From: Ignavibacteriota bacterium
Lineage (GTDB): Bacteria > Bacteroidota > Ignavibacteria > UBA10030 > SZUA-254
NCBI GenBank assembly: GCA_016212665.1
Contig: JACREZ010000032.1
Location: 65,566-129,565 of the forward strand
Direction: 5' to 3'
DNA: 64,000 nucleotides
Shown in pieces: positions 1-9,209 of the stretch. Under the pieces are notes generated by a model, which saw only the letters and a list, made by a program, of their open reading frames with translations, did no database searches and was not told the DNA's origin. Made by a program: the position numbers and the translations under genes. The stretch's first letter is position 1; each line of letters opens with the position of its first letter.

Positions 1-733
1 TGTGTTCAACATAAATCCCTTCCCGCTCACACCGCTCGGAACATTGATGACATCATAATTTCCATCCATCTTCCAACTTCCACTGCTCATCCCGACATAA
101 CTCACACCAACACGCAATCCTACCCAACGAAGCAGAGCATACTCCACATTCAGCGATGGCTGATAGACGAAAAATGTTCCTTCTAACTGACGTGTATATT
201 CCTGTGTCGGTTGATTATTTCCGTATTCCGTCCACAAGTCGTCCCAAACTTTCGTATCAAGTTGATTTTTTGTCATCTTGATTCCCACTCCGCCACCTCC
301 AAGCGCTACACCGGCAACAACATCTAAACGAGGCACAACAGGAAATGTGTACTCGATAGTCACTGCGCCATAACCGACATTGTACTCAATGTCTCGTCGC
401 GTATTTGCATTGGGGTCGAGGGCTTTCGACTTACGTGTCCCGCTCAATCCCATTCCACCGATGCGGAGATTTTCCACTAACATGATGTAACCATATCCCT
501 GTCCGCCATTTAATAACATTGCATCATCATCAAGCGGAGCGGCATTTGCGTTCTTTAAGAATTGGTTAATCGGGTCAACATCAAGAAACAACAAACTCGG
601 AATAAAACCACCTGCGCCCCCGAGTTTACTGACTTTTGAGCGCTTTGGCGGAAGCAATTCTTCTTCCTCCTCCTGTTCCTGAGCGATGAGAAATGTTGTT
701 GTGAGTAGTAAATAAAAAGAGAGTAACAATAAT
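1..733 (-). CDS. hypothetical secreted protein, truncated at the window edge
   Basis: Translating the minus strand from the ATG at 733-731 gives MKRLLLLLSFYLLLTTTFLIAQEQEEEE..., a signal-peptide-like N-terminus. The frame stays open to position 1. It is absent from the ORF track, presumably because it is truncated. Confidence 0.45.
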
Positions 734-817
734 AAGCGTTTCATGAGTTGTCCTTTATTTGAGAGTTATGTTTTCGGTGAAAAATGTATGAAAATATGAG
801 GTGAGTTCAAAACGACA

Positions 818-1954
818 TCAGTAACGAGGAACAGAAGTATCAACCGTTCGGGACCATTCATCAATTCCTCCGGCAAGGTTGATGACGTTGTGAAAACCGT
901 TATTCTTCAAGAACTCAACTGCCCGCGCGCTTCGTATTCCATGATGACACATCACGACAATTGGTTTATCGTTCGGCAGTCCGTCAAGATGTTGAGGTAT
1001 AGTCGCCAGCGGCATCAAAACACCACCGATGTTGCAAATGCGATACTCGTATTGCTCACGGACATCAAGAAGAAAAATGTTGTTCTCTTTCTTCATCAGT
1101 TCATGGAGTTCTTTCGGTGTCAGTTCGTTCTTCTCTGTTAGGAAGCCAGTGGACGGATTACAAAATTCTTCGTAGTCAATCAGTTTTGTTATTGATGGAT
1201 GTTCACCGCACATAGGGCAGTCAGGATTCTTTTTTATTTTCAATTCCTGAAACTGAAGCATCAATCCATCAAACACAAGCAAACGACCGATAAGAGGTTC
1301 ACCGCATCCGAGAATCAACTTCATGGCTTCTAACGCCTGCAATGTACCGATAACTCCGGGTAGTGCGCCAAGCACTCCACCTTCCGCACAATTCGGAACC
1401 AACTCCGGCGGCGGCGGACTCGGATACAAGCAACGATAACACGGACCTCGTTCCGCATCAAATACACTCACCTGTCCATCAAACCGGAAAATACTTCCAT
1501 AGACATTCGGTTTCTTCAACATCACACACGCATCATTGACAAGATAGCGAGTTGGGAAGTTGTCCGTTCCATCTATCACAATATCAAAGCGGCGAATTAT
1601 TTCCAACGCGTTTTCCGAAGACAATCGAACAGGAAATGTTTCAACCTCGACATGTGGATTTATTTGTTTGATTCTCTCTTGTGCTGATTCAAGTTTCGAT
1701 GTGCCGATATTTTCCGTTGAGTGAAGCACCTGACGTTGTAAATTTGTAATGTCAACGACATCGAAATCAACAATGCCAAGCGTACCGATACCGGAGGCGG
1801 CTAAATACAACGCGAGAGGAGAACCCAATCCTCCCGCACCGATAATCAACACTCGTGCGGCTTTGAGTTTCTTCTGTCCCTCCTCCCCGATTTCCGGCAT
1901 GATGATATGTCTGCCGTACCGTCGGAGTTCATCCTGTGTGAGTGTTACTTCCAT
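818..1954 (-). CDS. moeB: ThiF/MoeB-family E1-like adenylyltransferase with C-terminal rhodanese domain (MoeZ/MoeB-type)
   Basis: Has the GAGGLGSP nucleotide-binding loop, paired CxxC motifs and a C-terminal rhodanese domain with the active-site CHHG. Confidence 0.85.
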   Translation of the reverse strand: MEVTLTQDELRRYGRHIIMPEIGEEGQKKLKAARVLIIGAGGLGSPLALYLAASGIGTLGIVDFDVVDITNLQRQVLHSTENIGTSKLESAQERIKQINPHVEVETFPVRLSSENALEIIRRFDIVIDGTDNFPTRYLVNDACVMLKKPNVYGSIFRFDGQVSVFDAERGPCYRCLYPSPPPPELVPNCAEGGVLGALPGVIGTLQALEAMKLILGCGEPLIGRLLVFDGLMLQFQELKIKKNPDCPMCGEHPSITKLIDYEEFCNPSTGFLTEKNELTPKELHELMKKENNIFLLDVREQYEYRICNIGGVLMPLATIPQHLDGLPNDKPIVVMCHHGIRSARAVEFLKNNGFHNVINLAGGIDEWSRTVDTSVPRY

Positions 1955-2003
1955 TGTGAAAACATTCTTTGTTTGGTATATTGGCTAACCGTTTTTTGAA
2001 TTT

Positions 2004-2879
2004 ATGAAACTGAACTTGTTTGTATTTTTCTTTTTGATTTTTCCCGCTGTATCATTCGCACAAGAAGATACGGAAAAAAATCATTGGGTGTTATTTCCTT
2101 CGGGATTGAACTTCGTGCCGTTCAAAGCAAACATCGCGGAGCCGCGTATCGGTGTTTTCAAATTCACCGATGCAGAGGAAATGAAGGTGGATATCGGAAA
2201 TTCCGTTGATGTATTCGGGTATGTGATTCCCTCATCGAACATCAACTTGCGTGTCAGCGCCGACTTCTTTGCGTACGCATTTGTCACCGGCGCGCAGGGC
2301 TTACGACTTCAAATTGATGCTGTGGATGGGTTCTTCGGCGGCAACATTTCACTCTCCCAAACATCGGATTCAAACTATTGGCAAAGTCGCTTACGAATAC
2401 TCCACCACAGCGCGCATCTTGTGGATGGTCATTACTCAACCGCAACTCATTCGTGGCTTGATAATCGTGAGCCGATTCCGTACACACAAGATTTCGGTGA
2501 ACTGACAATCGCCCGAATTCAAACTTCAAATTTCTTAAAGTTCAGGTATTATGGAGGCATTTCATACGCCACACTCGTCCGACCGAACGAAATAGCACGA
2601 CTATCATATTTTACAGGGGTTGAATCGTATTCAGAAAAGAGTCTGGGAGAAATTCTCAATCAACCAACCAACCTGTTTCTTGCTTACCAACTTTCATTGA
2701 CAGGCGAACCGACGTATCACGCAAGTCATAATGTACAAGCAGGTATCAAATTCGGAACGTGGTACGAGAAAGGTGTTACGATGTATCTTGGCTATTACAC
2801 CGGAACGCACATGTTTGCCGAATATTATAATCAGCGACTGACTACACTTGGCGTGGGGTTTACGATTGACTTTTACTAA
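2004..2879 (+). CDS. putative outer-membrane beta-barrel protein
   Basis: Signal peptide MKLNLFVFFFLIFPAVSFAQ. The C-terminus ends in an aromatic residue (TIDFY), typical of outer-membrane beta-barrels. Confidence 0.5.
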   Translation: MKLNLFVFFFLIFPAVSFAQEDTEKNHWVLFPSGLNFVPFKANIAEPRIGVFKFTDAEEMKVDIGNSVDVFGYVIPSSNINLRVSADFFAYAFVTGAQGLRLQIDAVDGFFGGNISLSQTSDSNYWQSRLRILHHSAHLVDGHYSTATHSWLDNREPIPYTQDFGELTIARIQTSNFLKFRYYGGISYATLVRPNEIARLSYFTGVESYSEKSLGEILNQPTNLFLAYQLSLTGEPTYHASHNVQAGIKFGTWYEKGVTMYLGYYTGTHMFAEYYNQRLTTLGVGFTIDFY

Positions 2880-2880
2880 A

Positions 2881-3010
2881 CGTGATGGAGTAAGGGATTT
2901 CTCTAAGTTTCCTGTTTCAGTTTCCTGTTTTCAGTTTTCTGTTCCCAGTTCCTGTTTACTGAGTACTGAATACTCCACCACTCCATCACTCCAATACTCC
3001 ATCACTCCAT
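2881..3010. repeat. low-complexity short tandem repeats (gtttcctgttt..., cactccat...) in a convergent intergenic spacer
   Basis: Repeated words are visible directly: gtttcctgtttcagtttcctgttttcagttttctgttcc, then ccaccactccatcactccaatactccatcactccatt. Confidence 0.6.
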
Positions 3011-3015
3011 TGAGT

Positions 3016-3750
3016 TCACGTTCCCTTAGCTGCCTTCTTTGCCGCACGCGTTGCCGCCGCTTTCTTCTTTCCTAAGCGTTGTGCTTTCGTCGGACCGGAT
3101 AATACTTTCTTCCCCAACTTCTCCAACAACTGCGGATGCGTGTACATCAATTGTGCTTCTGCTGTCTTCACAAATGCAGTAATCCATTTCGCCAAGTTCG
3201 CGAAGGCGGTCTTCTTATCTTTCGTTTGGCTTTGGGTCGTACCTACTGCACTGCTCTGTGCAGAACTGAGAGCGGCATAGACTTCCACTTCCGCTTGTTC
3301 AGCAACGAGCCGCTCCCCATTGTAGCCCCATTTTGCCAGTTCGGTTTTGATGGTGTCTGTCTCTAACGAATTTTTATAGGCGATACGTGCGGCGTTGAGA
3401 AACGTGGCTTCGGTCCTTGGCACTGCAGAATTAAACCCAAGTATTTCAATATCGGTGGGGGTAAGATGCGCGAGTGAAGTCTTCTTCAAACTCATATACT
3501 TTTTATGAATTTCCAACTGCTTGAAGTCCTCTGCTTTCGACGCTTCCTTCTGTTTTGCTTTCACCGACTTTTTCGTCGCTGTACTGGCAATTGCGATGTT
3601 GTATAACTCCCAACCTTCTCCCATCCGCTCATCGGTATAACCGCAGTTCACGAGTAAGGGGCGCAACTCGGCATCTTCGCTCCCGTTTTTCAGGACGACA
3701 TATGCCTTCGCTAATTGCTGTTGTTCTGATTGACTTGCATTTGTTTTCAT
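3016..3750 (-). CDS. hypothetical protein with Lys/Ala-rich C-terminal tail
   Basis: 244-aa ORF in a region of higher GC. The C-terminus is ...RLGKKKAAATRAAKKAAKGT. No recognisable catalytic motif. Confidence 0.5.
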   Translation of the reverse strand: MKTNASQSEQQQLAKAYVVLKNGSEDAELRPLLVNCGYTDERMGEGWELYNIAIASTATKKSVKAKQKEASKAEDFKQLEIHKKYMSLKKTSLAHLTPTDIEILGFNSAVPRTEATFLNAARIAYKNSLETDTIKTELAKWGYNGERLVAEQAEVEVYAALSSAQSSAVGTTQSQTKDKKTAFANLAKWITAFVKTAEAQLMYTHPQLLEKLGKKVLSGPTKAQRLGKKKAAATRAAKKAAKGT

Positions 3751-3787
3751 GTGTTTTCCCTTTGTTATTGTTTTGGTTATAATTGAT

Positions 3788-4035
3788 TTACATTTGAACT
3801 ATCTTACTTTCTGATTAAAAAAGCCAACATTGGACTATCTTTACGTTACAACACTGCGAATTGACATTACAATGCAACGAAACAACTCAACATTACGTTA
3901 TCTTTGACTTACATTACTTCATCTTCGAGTTACATCGCTTTATCTTGACATTACATTGCTCTATCTTCGAGTAACTTTGCTTTATCTTCACGTACCATTA
4001 CTTTATCTTTGATGAACATTAGAACATCTTCCGTC
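3788..4035. repeat. degenerate tandem array of about 12 units with about 21-bp period, consensus near TTACATTGCTTTATCTTSAS
   Basis: Units can be read off at 3909-3929, 3930-3949, 3950-3971, 3972-3992, 3993-4013 and 4014-4033, with degenerate copies to the left. Confidence 0.6.
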
Positions 4036-4211
4036 CGCATTGAGACATCGTACATCAACAATGGTTCATCTTCCCACTCCATCACATCACATGGGATGAA
4101 AGCGACCATGATGGTAAAAAGAACAGACGCAATGGAAACAAGTTTGCTTCCGTTGTTGAAAACATATTCTCCAATGCACGGAAATATAAACATGATGTCA
4201 AACAAAGAAGT

Positions 4212-7200
4212 TCACTTCAGCAAGAGCATTTTCTTCATGTCGGTGAACATTTCTCCTGAGTTTGACGAAGGAACATTCGAGCCGTTTGAAGCGGGCAATG
4301 CCGTGAGGCGATAGAAATAAATGCCGCTTGGTAAATTGCTTGCATCAAATTCGATTGACTTGTAGCCTGCATCCTGAACTTCATCTGCAAGCGTAGCAAT
4401 AACTCTTCCGAGCATATCATACACTTTGAGAGTAACCAAACTATTAACTGATAACTGATAACGTACAACCGTAGTCGGGTTAAAGGGGTTAGGGTAGTTC
4501 TGTTCAAGTGAATAGCAGTTCGGAACATTTTCCTTGCTGGTTACTTGCAGAACAATCTCGTTATTATCATGTTCGATTATATAATTTTTCTTTTGAATCA
4601 AATCAGCCACTTGCGAGCCAATCTGTAATTTGGCAGTTATGTTCTTCTTCTGTTGCAACCAGTTAACAGTAATCGGATAGCTCGTTGACGAGAGCAATAT
4701 CTTAAGGAATGTTGTGCCTCCATTTGAAATATTTTCAACTTGCTTTTGCGTGGCGAAACGTACATCAAAACATCCTTGCGGAGGTACGGGAGGAAATTCA
4801 AAATATGATTCCGGAATATTCATTGTTGTTCCTCCATCAATAAAGAGTCTTTGTTGATTTCCTTCAGTATCGGTAAACACTATTTGAGCGGCATCTTCAA
4901 GTTGCGCGTTAACCGAAACAGGTCTTTCTTTTTCAAATGCTCGGGATTCAGAAGATAGTATCAACTTCCCATCGGTCGAGACTTTTACCCAATATCCATG
5001 TAAAGGAAGTAGTGTTCCGGTCGTCTTATATAATTTTGTAAATTCATAATATTCAGAAACAACGATGTTGGAAGGGAACGTCGTTATCATCGAGGTCGAG
5101 AGTGTGTCTTGAACAGAACCGATGAGATTCCAACCTTCCCGTACGTCGATCGTATCGAATGTGTTTTTCTTTCCCAGTAAAGTTACCAATTGTGCGCTCG
5201 GAAATTTCAGCCAAAATCCTTTCCCATTTTCTAATGTATCTTGACGTTCATAATTGCCATCACTTGTGAATGTGAACACGTCAGAGGATGATGTGGGAAA
5301 TATGGCGCTCTTCCTCCAATCCGGAACTTGTAAGGGTAATGAGAGAAGATTCCACCGTTTCTCAACATTATAATGGTATTGAAAAAATGGCGTTGTTCGG
5401 AAACTCCATATTTCTGACCATTGACTAATTTTTGTGTCATTCAGACTTCGAACACGCCAATAATACTTCGTCCCTTCTGAAAGAAACGATGCTATGATAA
5501 ATGTCCGTGTAAGAATCGTGTCGAGAAGTACGTCCTCTTCGAATAATGAATCTTCAGAAACTTCCAGTTGATACCGTAAAGCATTATATGCTTGATTCCA
5601 TGCAATGACAGTAGCGTTTTTGTCTATCTCAGAATTGTTCGGAGGACGACTTAACATCGGTTGATACGGTAATAATGGTGACGACGCATTACGGGTAACG
5701 AGAATTGTTCCGCCATCGCCAACAGCGAACCCCGTATCAGCATCAACAAAGGTAATACCCCGTAAACTATTTCCGTTAGGACTTAGTTGAGCAAGCCAAT
5801 TTTTTCCGCCATTGGTTGTAGCGTATATATCGCCCCATCGCACGGCAGCATATCCAAATGTAGAATCAAGAAATGTCATCGCCCTGATACTTGAAGAAAG
5901 ACCTTCAGCAAAGAGCGACCAAGTATTTCCACCATCTATTGTTCTGTACAATCTTCCATTCCAATAGTATCCACCCCCTGCAAATCCCAGTAATGGACTA
6001 ACAAATTTTATTTCATAAATACTTTCATAGGAAATGGTTGTTTGTGTCCACGTACTTCCGCCATCGGTGGTTTTACTTATTATGCTCTGACCGATTTCGT
6101 AATTAATACCAGCGGTCCACCCCGTGTCGCGGTTAATGAAAAAAACCGAATACAATGTTGCGCCAAAATCGTGCGGTAATATTTGCCAATCCTGCCCGCC
6201 ATTATCTGTCTTCAAAATGACAGAAGTACTCAATTTCTCAGATGAACTTCGTTGAACAACTCTATTTCTTAAAGATGGGTATTTTTCTTCTTGTGATTCA
6301 ACCCAATCAATCTCTTGCCCTCCGACAGCGTATCCTCTTGATGTATCCATGAATTGAACCGAAAGTAAACTTAAAGATGTCCCGCTCGTTTGATAATGCC
6401 AAGTATTCCCCCTATCTGTTGTATGTACAATCTCGCCGAAGAGTCCAACAGCCCATCCCTTCTCCTCGGTAGGAAAAGAAAGTGATTGAAGCGGTGAACC
6501 AACAGTACTAACGGTATTCCAGTCGCGACCAAAATTCGTTGTTTTGAAAATAACACCTCCGCTCAGCGAATAGTTGTTCCCACCAACCGCCCAGCCAATT
6601 TTATCGGCGGTAAATACAATATCGGTTAAATCATCAGTCGTTCCATGTATTTTTGATCCCCATGTAAAACCTCCATCCGTCGTGATAAGAATTTTTCCTG
6701 CATTGCCAACGACACATCCGTTAAGCGTATCTAAAAAATACACCGTGTTTAACCTGTCTGTCGTTCCACTGTTTTGTTGTTGCCAATGAATGCCATCGGA
6801 CATTTTTAATATCTCTCCTCCTTCAGAAACAGCCCATCCATGCTTTTCGTCTTTTATGTGCATACCATATAACGATTGTCCTGTACCGCTTGTTTGCAAA
6901 TTCCATGACTCTCCTCCATCTGTCGTCATCATTATTTTGCCTTGTCCTCCACTCCACCATCCAACGCTACTATTTGCAAATTGAATATTGAATATTGGTC
7001 CTTCGTAAATGTTTTGTATTTCCCATGAATCCCCACCATTAGTTGTTTTCAAGATATGAGATATAATTGGTCCTGCAGGACCGGCATCAACCACTATCCA
7101 TCCAGTCATAGCATTTACAAAATACATACAAGTTGTTGCTATTCCATCAAGCCCAATCGGTATCGCAGACCACGACAGACCTCCATCGGTCGTTTTATAC

Positions 7201-7634
7201 ACTAAGGCATCTCCCGGCGGATTAGCCATACCCACCATCCAACCTGTGTATGAATCAATAAATTGAATTTTATATAATTGTTCATTCATGACCGATCGTA
7301 ATTTAATCCAAGTAATTCCAGCATCAACTGTCTTTAATACGATACCGTTTTCGCCAACCGCCCAACCTGTATCTTCAGTACTAAAAAATATATCAAACAA
7401 AAATTGTTTGGTGCCTGCGATGTTGTGTTGTATATCCCAAGTTTCTCCAAAATCTTTGGTCTTAATAATTGTACTTGCATTCCCAGCGATGATAACGTGT
7501 CCGGGTTCGAGAACATGAACGCCATAATTTGAATTTCCATGAGGTAGAGGGTTCTGCCAATACCATTTAGATTGCTGTGAATAGTTTGTGATGACGCAAC
7601 AAAACGTGAGTATAATAAATAATCTAATTTTCAT
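4212..7634 (-). CDS. T9SS C-terminal-sorting-domain protein with multiple BNR/Asp-box (sortilin/VPS10-like) beta-propeller repeats
   Basis: Signal peptide MKIRLFIILTFCCVITNYSQ. Many (S/T)TDGGxTW repeats. The C-terminal segment KVYDMLGRVIATLADE...GIYFYRLTA matches the T9SS (Por) sorting domain. It is a paralogue of 21090..24815. Confidence 0.85.
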   Translation of the reverse strand: MKIRLFIILTFCCVITNYSQQSKWYWQNPLPHGNSNYGVHVLEPGHVIIAGNASTIIKTKDFGETWDIQHNIAGTKQFLFDIFFSTEDTGWAVGENGIVLKTVDAGITWIKLRSVMNEQLYKIQFIDSYTGWMVGMANPPGDALVYKTTDGGLSWSAIPIGLDGIATTCMYFVNAMTGWIVVDAGPAGPIISHILKTTNGGDSWEIQNIYEGPIFNIQFANSSVGWWSGGQGKIMMTTDGGESWNLQTSGTGQSLYGMHIKDEKHGWAVSEGGEILKMSDGIHWQQQNSGTTDRLNTVYFLDTLNGCVVGNAGKILITTDGGFTWGSKIHGTTDDLTDIVFTADKIGWAVGGNNYSLSGGVIFKTTNFGRDWNTVSTVGSPLQSLSFPTEEKGWAVGLFGEIVHTTDRGNTWHYQTSGTSLSLLSVQFMDTSRGYAVGGQEIDWVESQEEKYPSLRNRVVQRSSSEKLSTSVILKTDNGGQDWQILPHDFGATLYSVFFINRDTGWTAGINYEIGQSIISKTTDGGSTWTQTTISYESIYEIKFVSPLLGFAGGGYYWNGRLYRTIDGGNTWSLFAEGLSSSIRAMTFLDSTFGYAAVRWGDIYATTNGGKNWLAQLSPNGNSLRGITFVDADTGFAVGDGGTILVTRNASSPLLPYQPMLSRPPNNSEIDKNATVIAWNQAYNALRYQLEVSEDSLFEEDVLLDTILTRTFIIASFLSEGTKYYWRVRSLNDTKISQWSEIWSFRTTPFFQYHYNVEKRWNLLSLPLQVPDWRKSAIFPTSSSDVFTFTSDGNYERQDTLENGKGFWLKFPSAQLVTLLGKKNTFDTIDVREGWNLIGSVQDTLSTSMITTFPSNIVVSEYYEFTKLYKTTGTLLPLHGYWVKVSTDGKLILSSESRAFEKERPVSVNAQLEDAAQIVFTDTEGNQQRLFIDGGTTMNIPESYFEFPPVPPQGCFDVRFATQKQVENISNGGTTFLKILLSSTSYPITVNWLQQKKNITAKLQIGSQVADLIQKKNYIIEHDNNEIVLQVTSKENVPNCYSLEQNYPNPFNPTTVVRYQLSVNSLVTLKVYDMLGRVIATLADEVQDAGYKSIEFDASNLPSGIYFYRLTALPASNGSNVPSSNSGEMFTDMKKMLLLK

Positions 7635-7976
7635 ACTATGTTCCTCGACAATTATTTTGAAAATGTAGTGTTGAATCAGGATAGTTACATAAACACAAAA
7701 CCCGTCCCAAGGGGATCGTTGACATCAGGGCGTAAATGTCCTTCAGCGGGTTTTTGTTAAACTCGTTTAACTGCGTATCCTCAGGTGGATAAAATATTTT
7801 GTGTAAATTTCCCATGCATCCTGTGTTGCTACGCCGTTATGATATGGAAAAAAAGAGAAAAAGTCAAGCATTTTCCAAAATATTTTTTTTCTCGTACTAA
7901 AATAAATAGAGAGTTGCTTTTTGCCTGACTTTTTCCTTAATTTGCACCACATTAATTTGAACAACAACGGGGATTT

Positions 7977-8345
7977 ATGTCAAACCAATTTCACATTTTA
8001 GTTGCCGATGATGAAGATTCATTACGGTCGGTGATTGTTACCGAATTACAAGAAAATAATTTTCATGTTCGAGAAGCATCGGACGGAGCGGAAGCAATTT
8101 CGTTACTGAAGCAACATACGTTCGACCTCGCATTGCTTGATATGAAAATGCCGAACAAAACCGGCTTGGAGGTTTTGCAATTCATTCACGACAATGAAAT
8201 CAAACTGAAAGTGTATATGCTGACTTCGATGGATGATTTACACATAGCTCTCGAAGCGCGTAAACTTGGAGCGGAAGGTTATTTATTGAAGCCCTTCAAT
8301 ATTGATGAAGTGAGAGAAAGAGTTGTTGATGCATTAAACCATTGA
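7977..8345 (+). CDS. single-domain CheY-like response-regulator receiver protein
   Basis: Has the DD...D phospho-acceptor pattern (ILVADDE, LLDMKMP) and a conserved K (YLLKPF). It is a paralogue of 13147..13515. Confidence 0.85.
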   Translation: MSNQFHILVADDEDSLRSVIVTELQENNFHVREASDGAEAISLLKQHTFDLALLDMKMPNKTGLEVLQFIHDNEIKLKVYMLTSMDDLHIALEARKLGAEGYLLKPFNIDEVRERVVDALNH

Positions 8346-8423
8346 CGATTGTATCATTGACGATTGAATCATTGAAACAAATGATACAATGACTCTCAAT
8401 GAGCCGTAGGCAATCGTAAATCG

Positions 8424-9191
8424 TCAATTGGCTTTTATCACAGAAATCATTTCATTGTGGACAACTCCGTTGCTTGCAAGAATTTCTTTCTGATACACAC
8501 TGAACTTCCCACCATGAAAATCTGTCACCGTCCCTCCTGCTTCCTGCACAAGTAACATTCCTGCCGCCATGTCCCAGGGATTGAGGGCGACTTCCCAGAA
8601 TCCATCGTATCTGCCGCACGCGACGTACGCCAAATCAATCGCCGCCGAACCCATACGACGAACTGCTTGTGCCTTCATCAGAAAATTTACAAATCGTTCC
8701 ACCGCATGATTAGGATTTTCAACTATGTTGTAGGGAAAACCGGTAACAAGTAAACTCTTACCAAGTGTTTGTGTTTGCGACACTTTCATTTTTCTTCCAT
8801 TCAAGTAAGCGCCTTTTCCTTTTTCTGCTGTGAACATTTCATCAAGGTTCGGGTCGTAAATCACTCCTGCAATTATTTCGCCATCGTGTTCAATGCCGAT
8901 GGAAACACAGAACACCGGAAGTCCGTGTGTAAAGTTGGTCGTTCCATCAAGCGGGTCAATAATCCATTTTGTTTTAGAGGACCCCTGACTTCCCCGTTCT
9001 TCGGCGAGAATCTCATGTGACGGAAAATGTTTCCTGATGATTTCGATAATCATCTCCTCCGAGCGTTTGTCAATCTCCGTAACGAGGTTCCGTTCGCTCC
9101 CATCTTTCTGTTCGATTGTTTTGATTTTGCCAACGCTTTGTTTGAGAAATTTCCCTGCGACCTTTGCCGCTTCAACTGCAACGTGTACCAT
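8424..9191 (-). CDS. suhB: inositol monophosphatase family protein (SuhB-like)
   Basis: Carries the IMPase motifs WIIDPLDGTTNF and GSAAIDLAYVACGRYDGFWE. It lies immediately downstream of hflX on the same strand. Confidence 0.8.
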   Translation of the reverse strand: MVHVAVEAAKVAGKFLKQSVGKIKTIEQKDGSERNLVTEIDKRSEEMIIEIIRKHFPSHEILAEERGSQGSSKTKWIIDPLDGTTNFTHGLPVFCVSIGIEHDGEIIAGVIYDPNLDEMFTAEKGKGAYLNGRKMKVSQTQTLGKSLLVTGFPYNIVENPNHAVERFVNFLMKAQAVRRMGSAAIDLAYVACGRYDGFWEVALNPWDMAAGMLLVQEAGGTVTDFHGGKFSVYQKEILASNGVVHNEMISVIKAN

Positions 9192-9209
9192 TATTTCAAA
9201 CTTTCTGGT

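Noticed and set aside
7925-7976. Possible sigma54 promoter (TTGCA element) ahead of the response-regulator gene.
   Set aside because: No GG dinucleotide at the required -24 spacing. The match fits a Bacteroidetes-type -7 box better.
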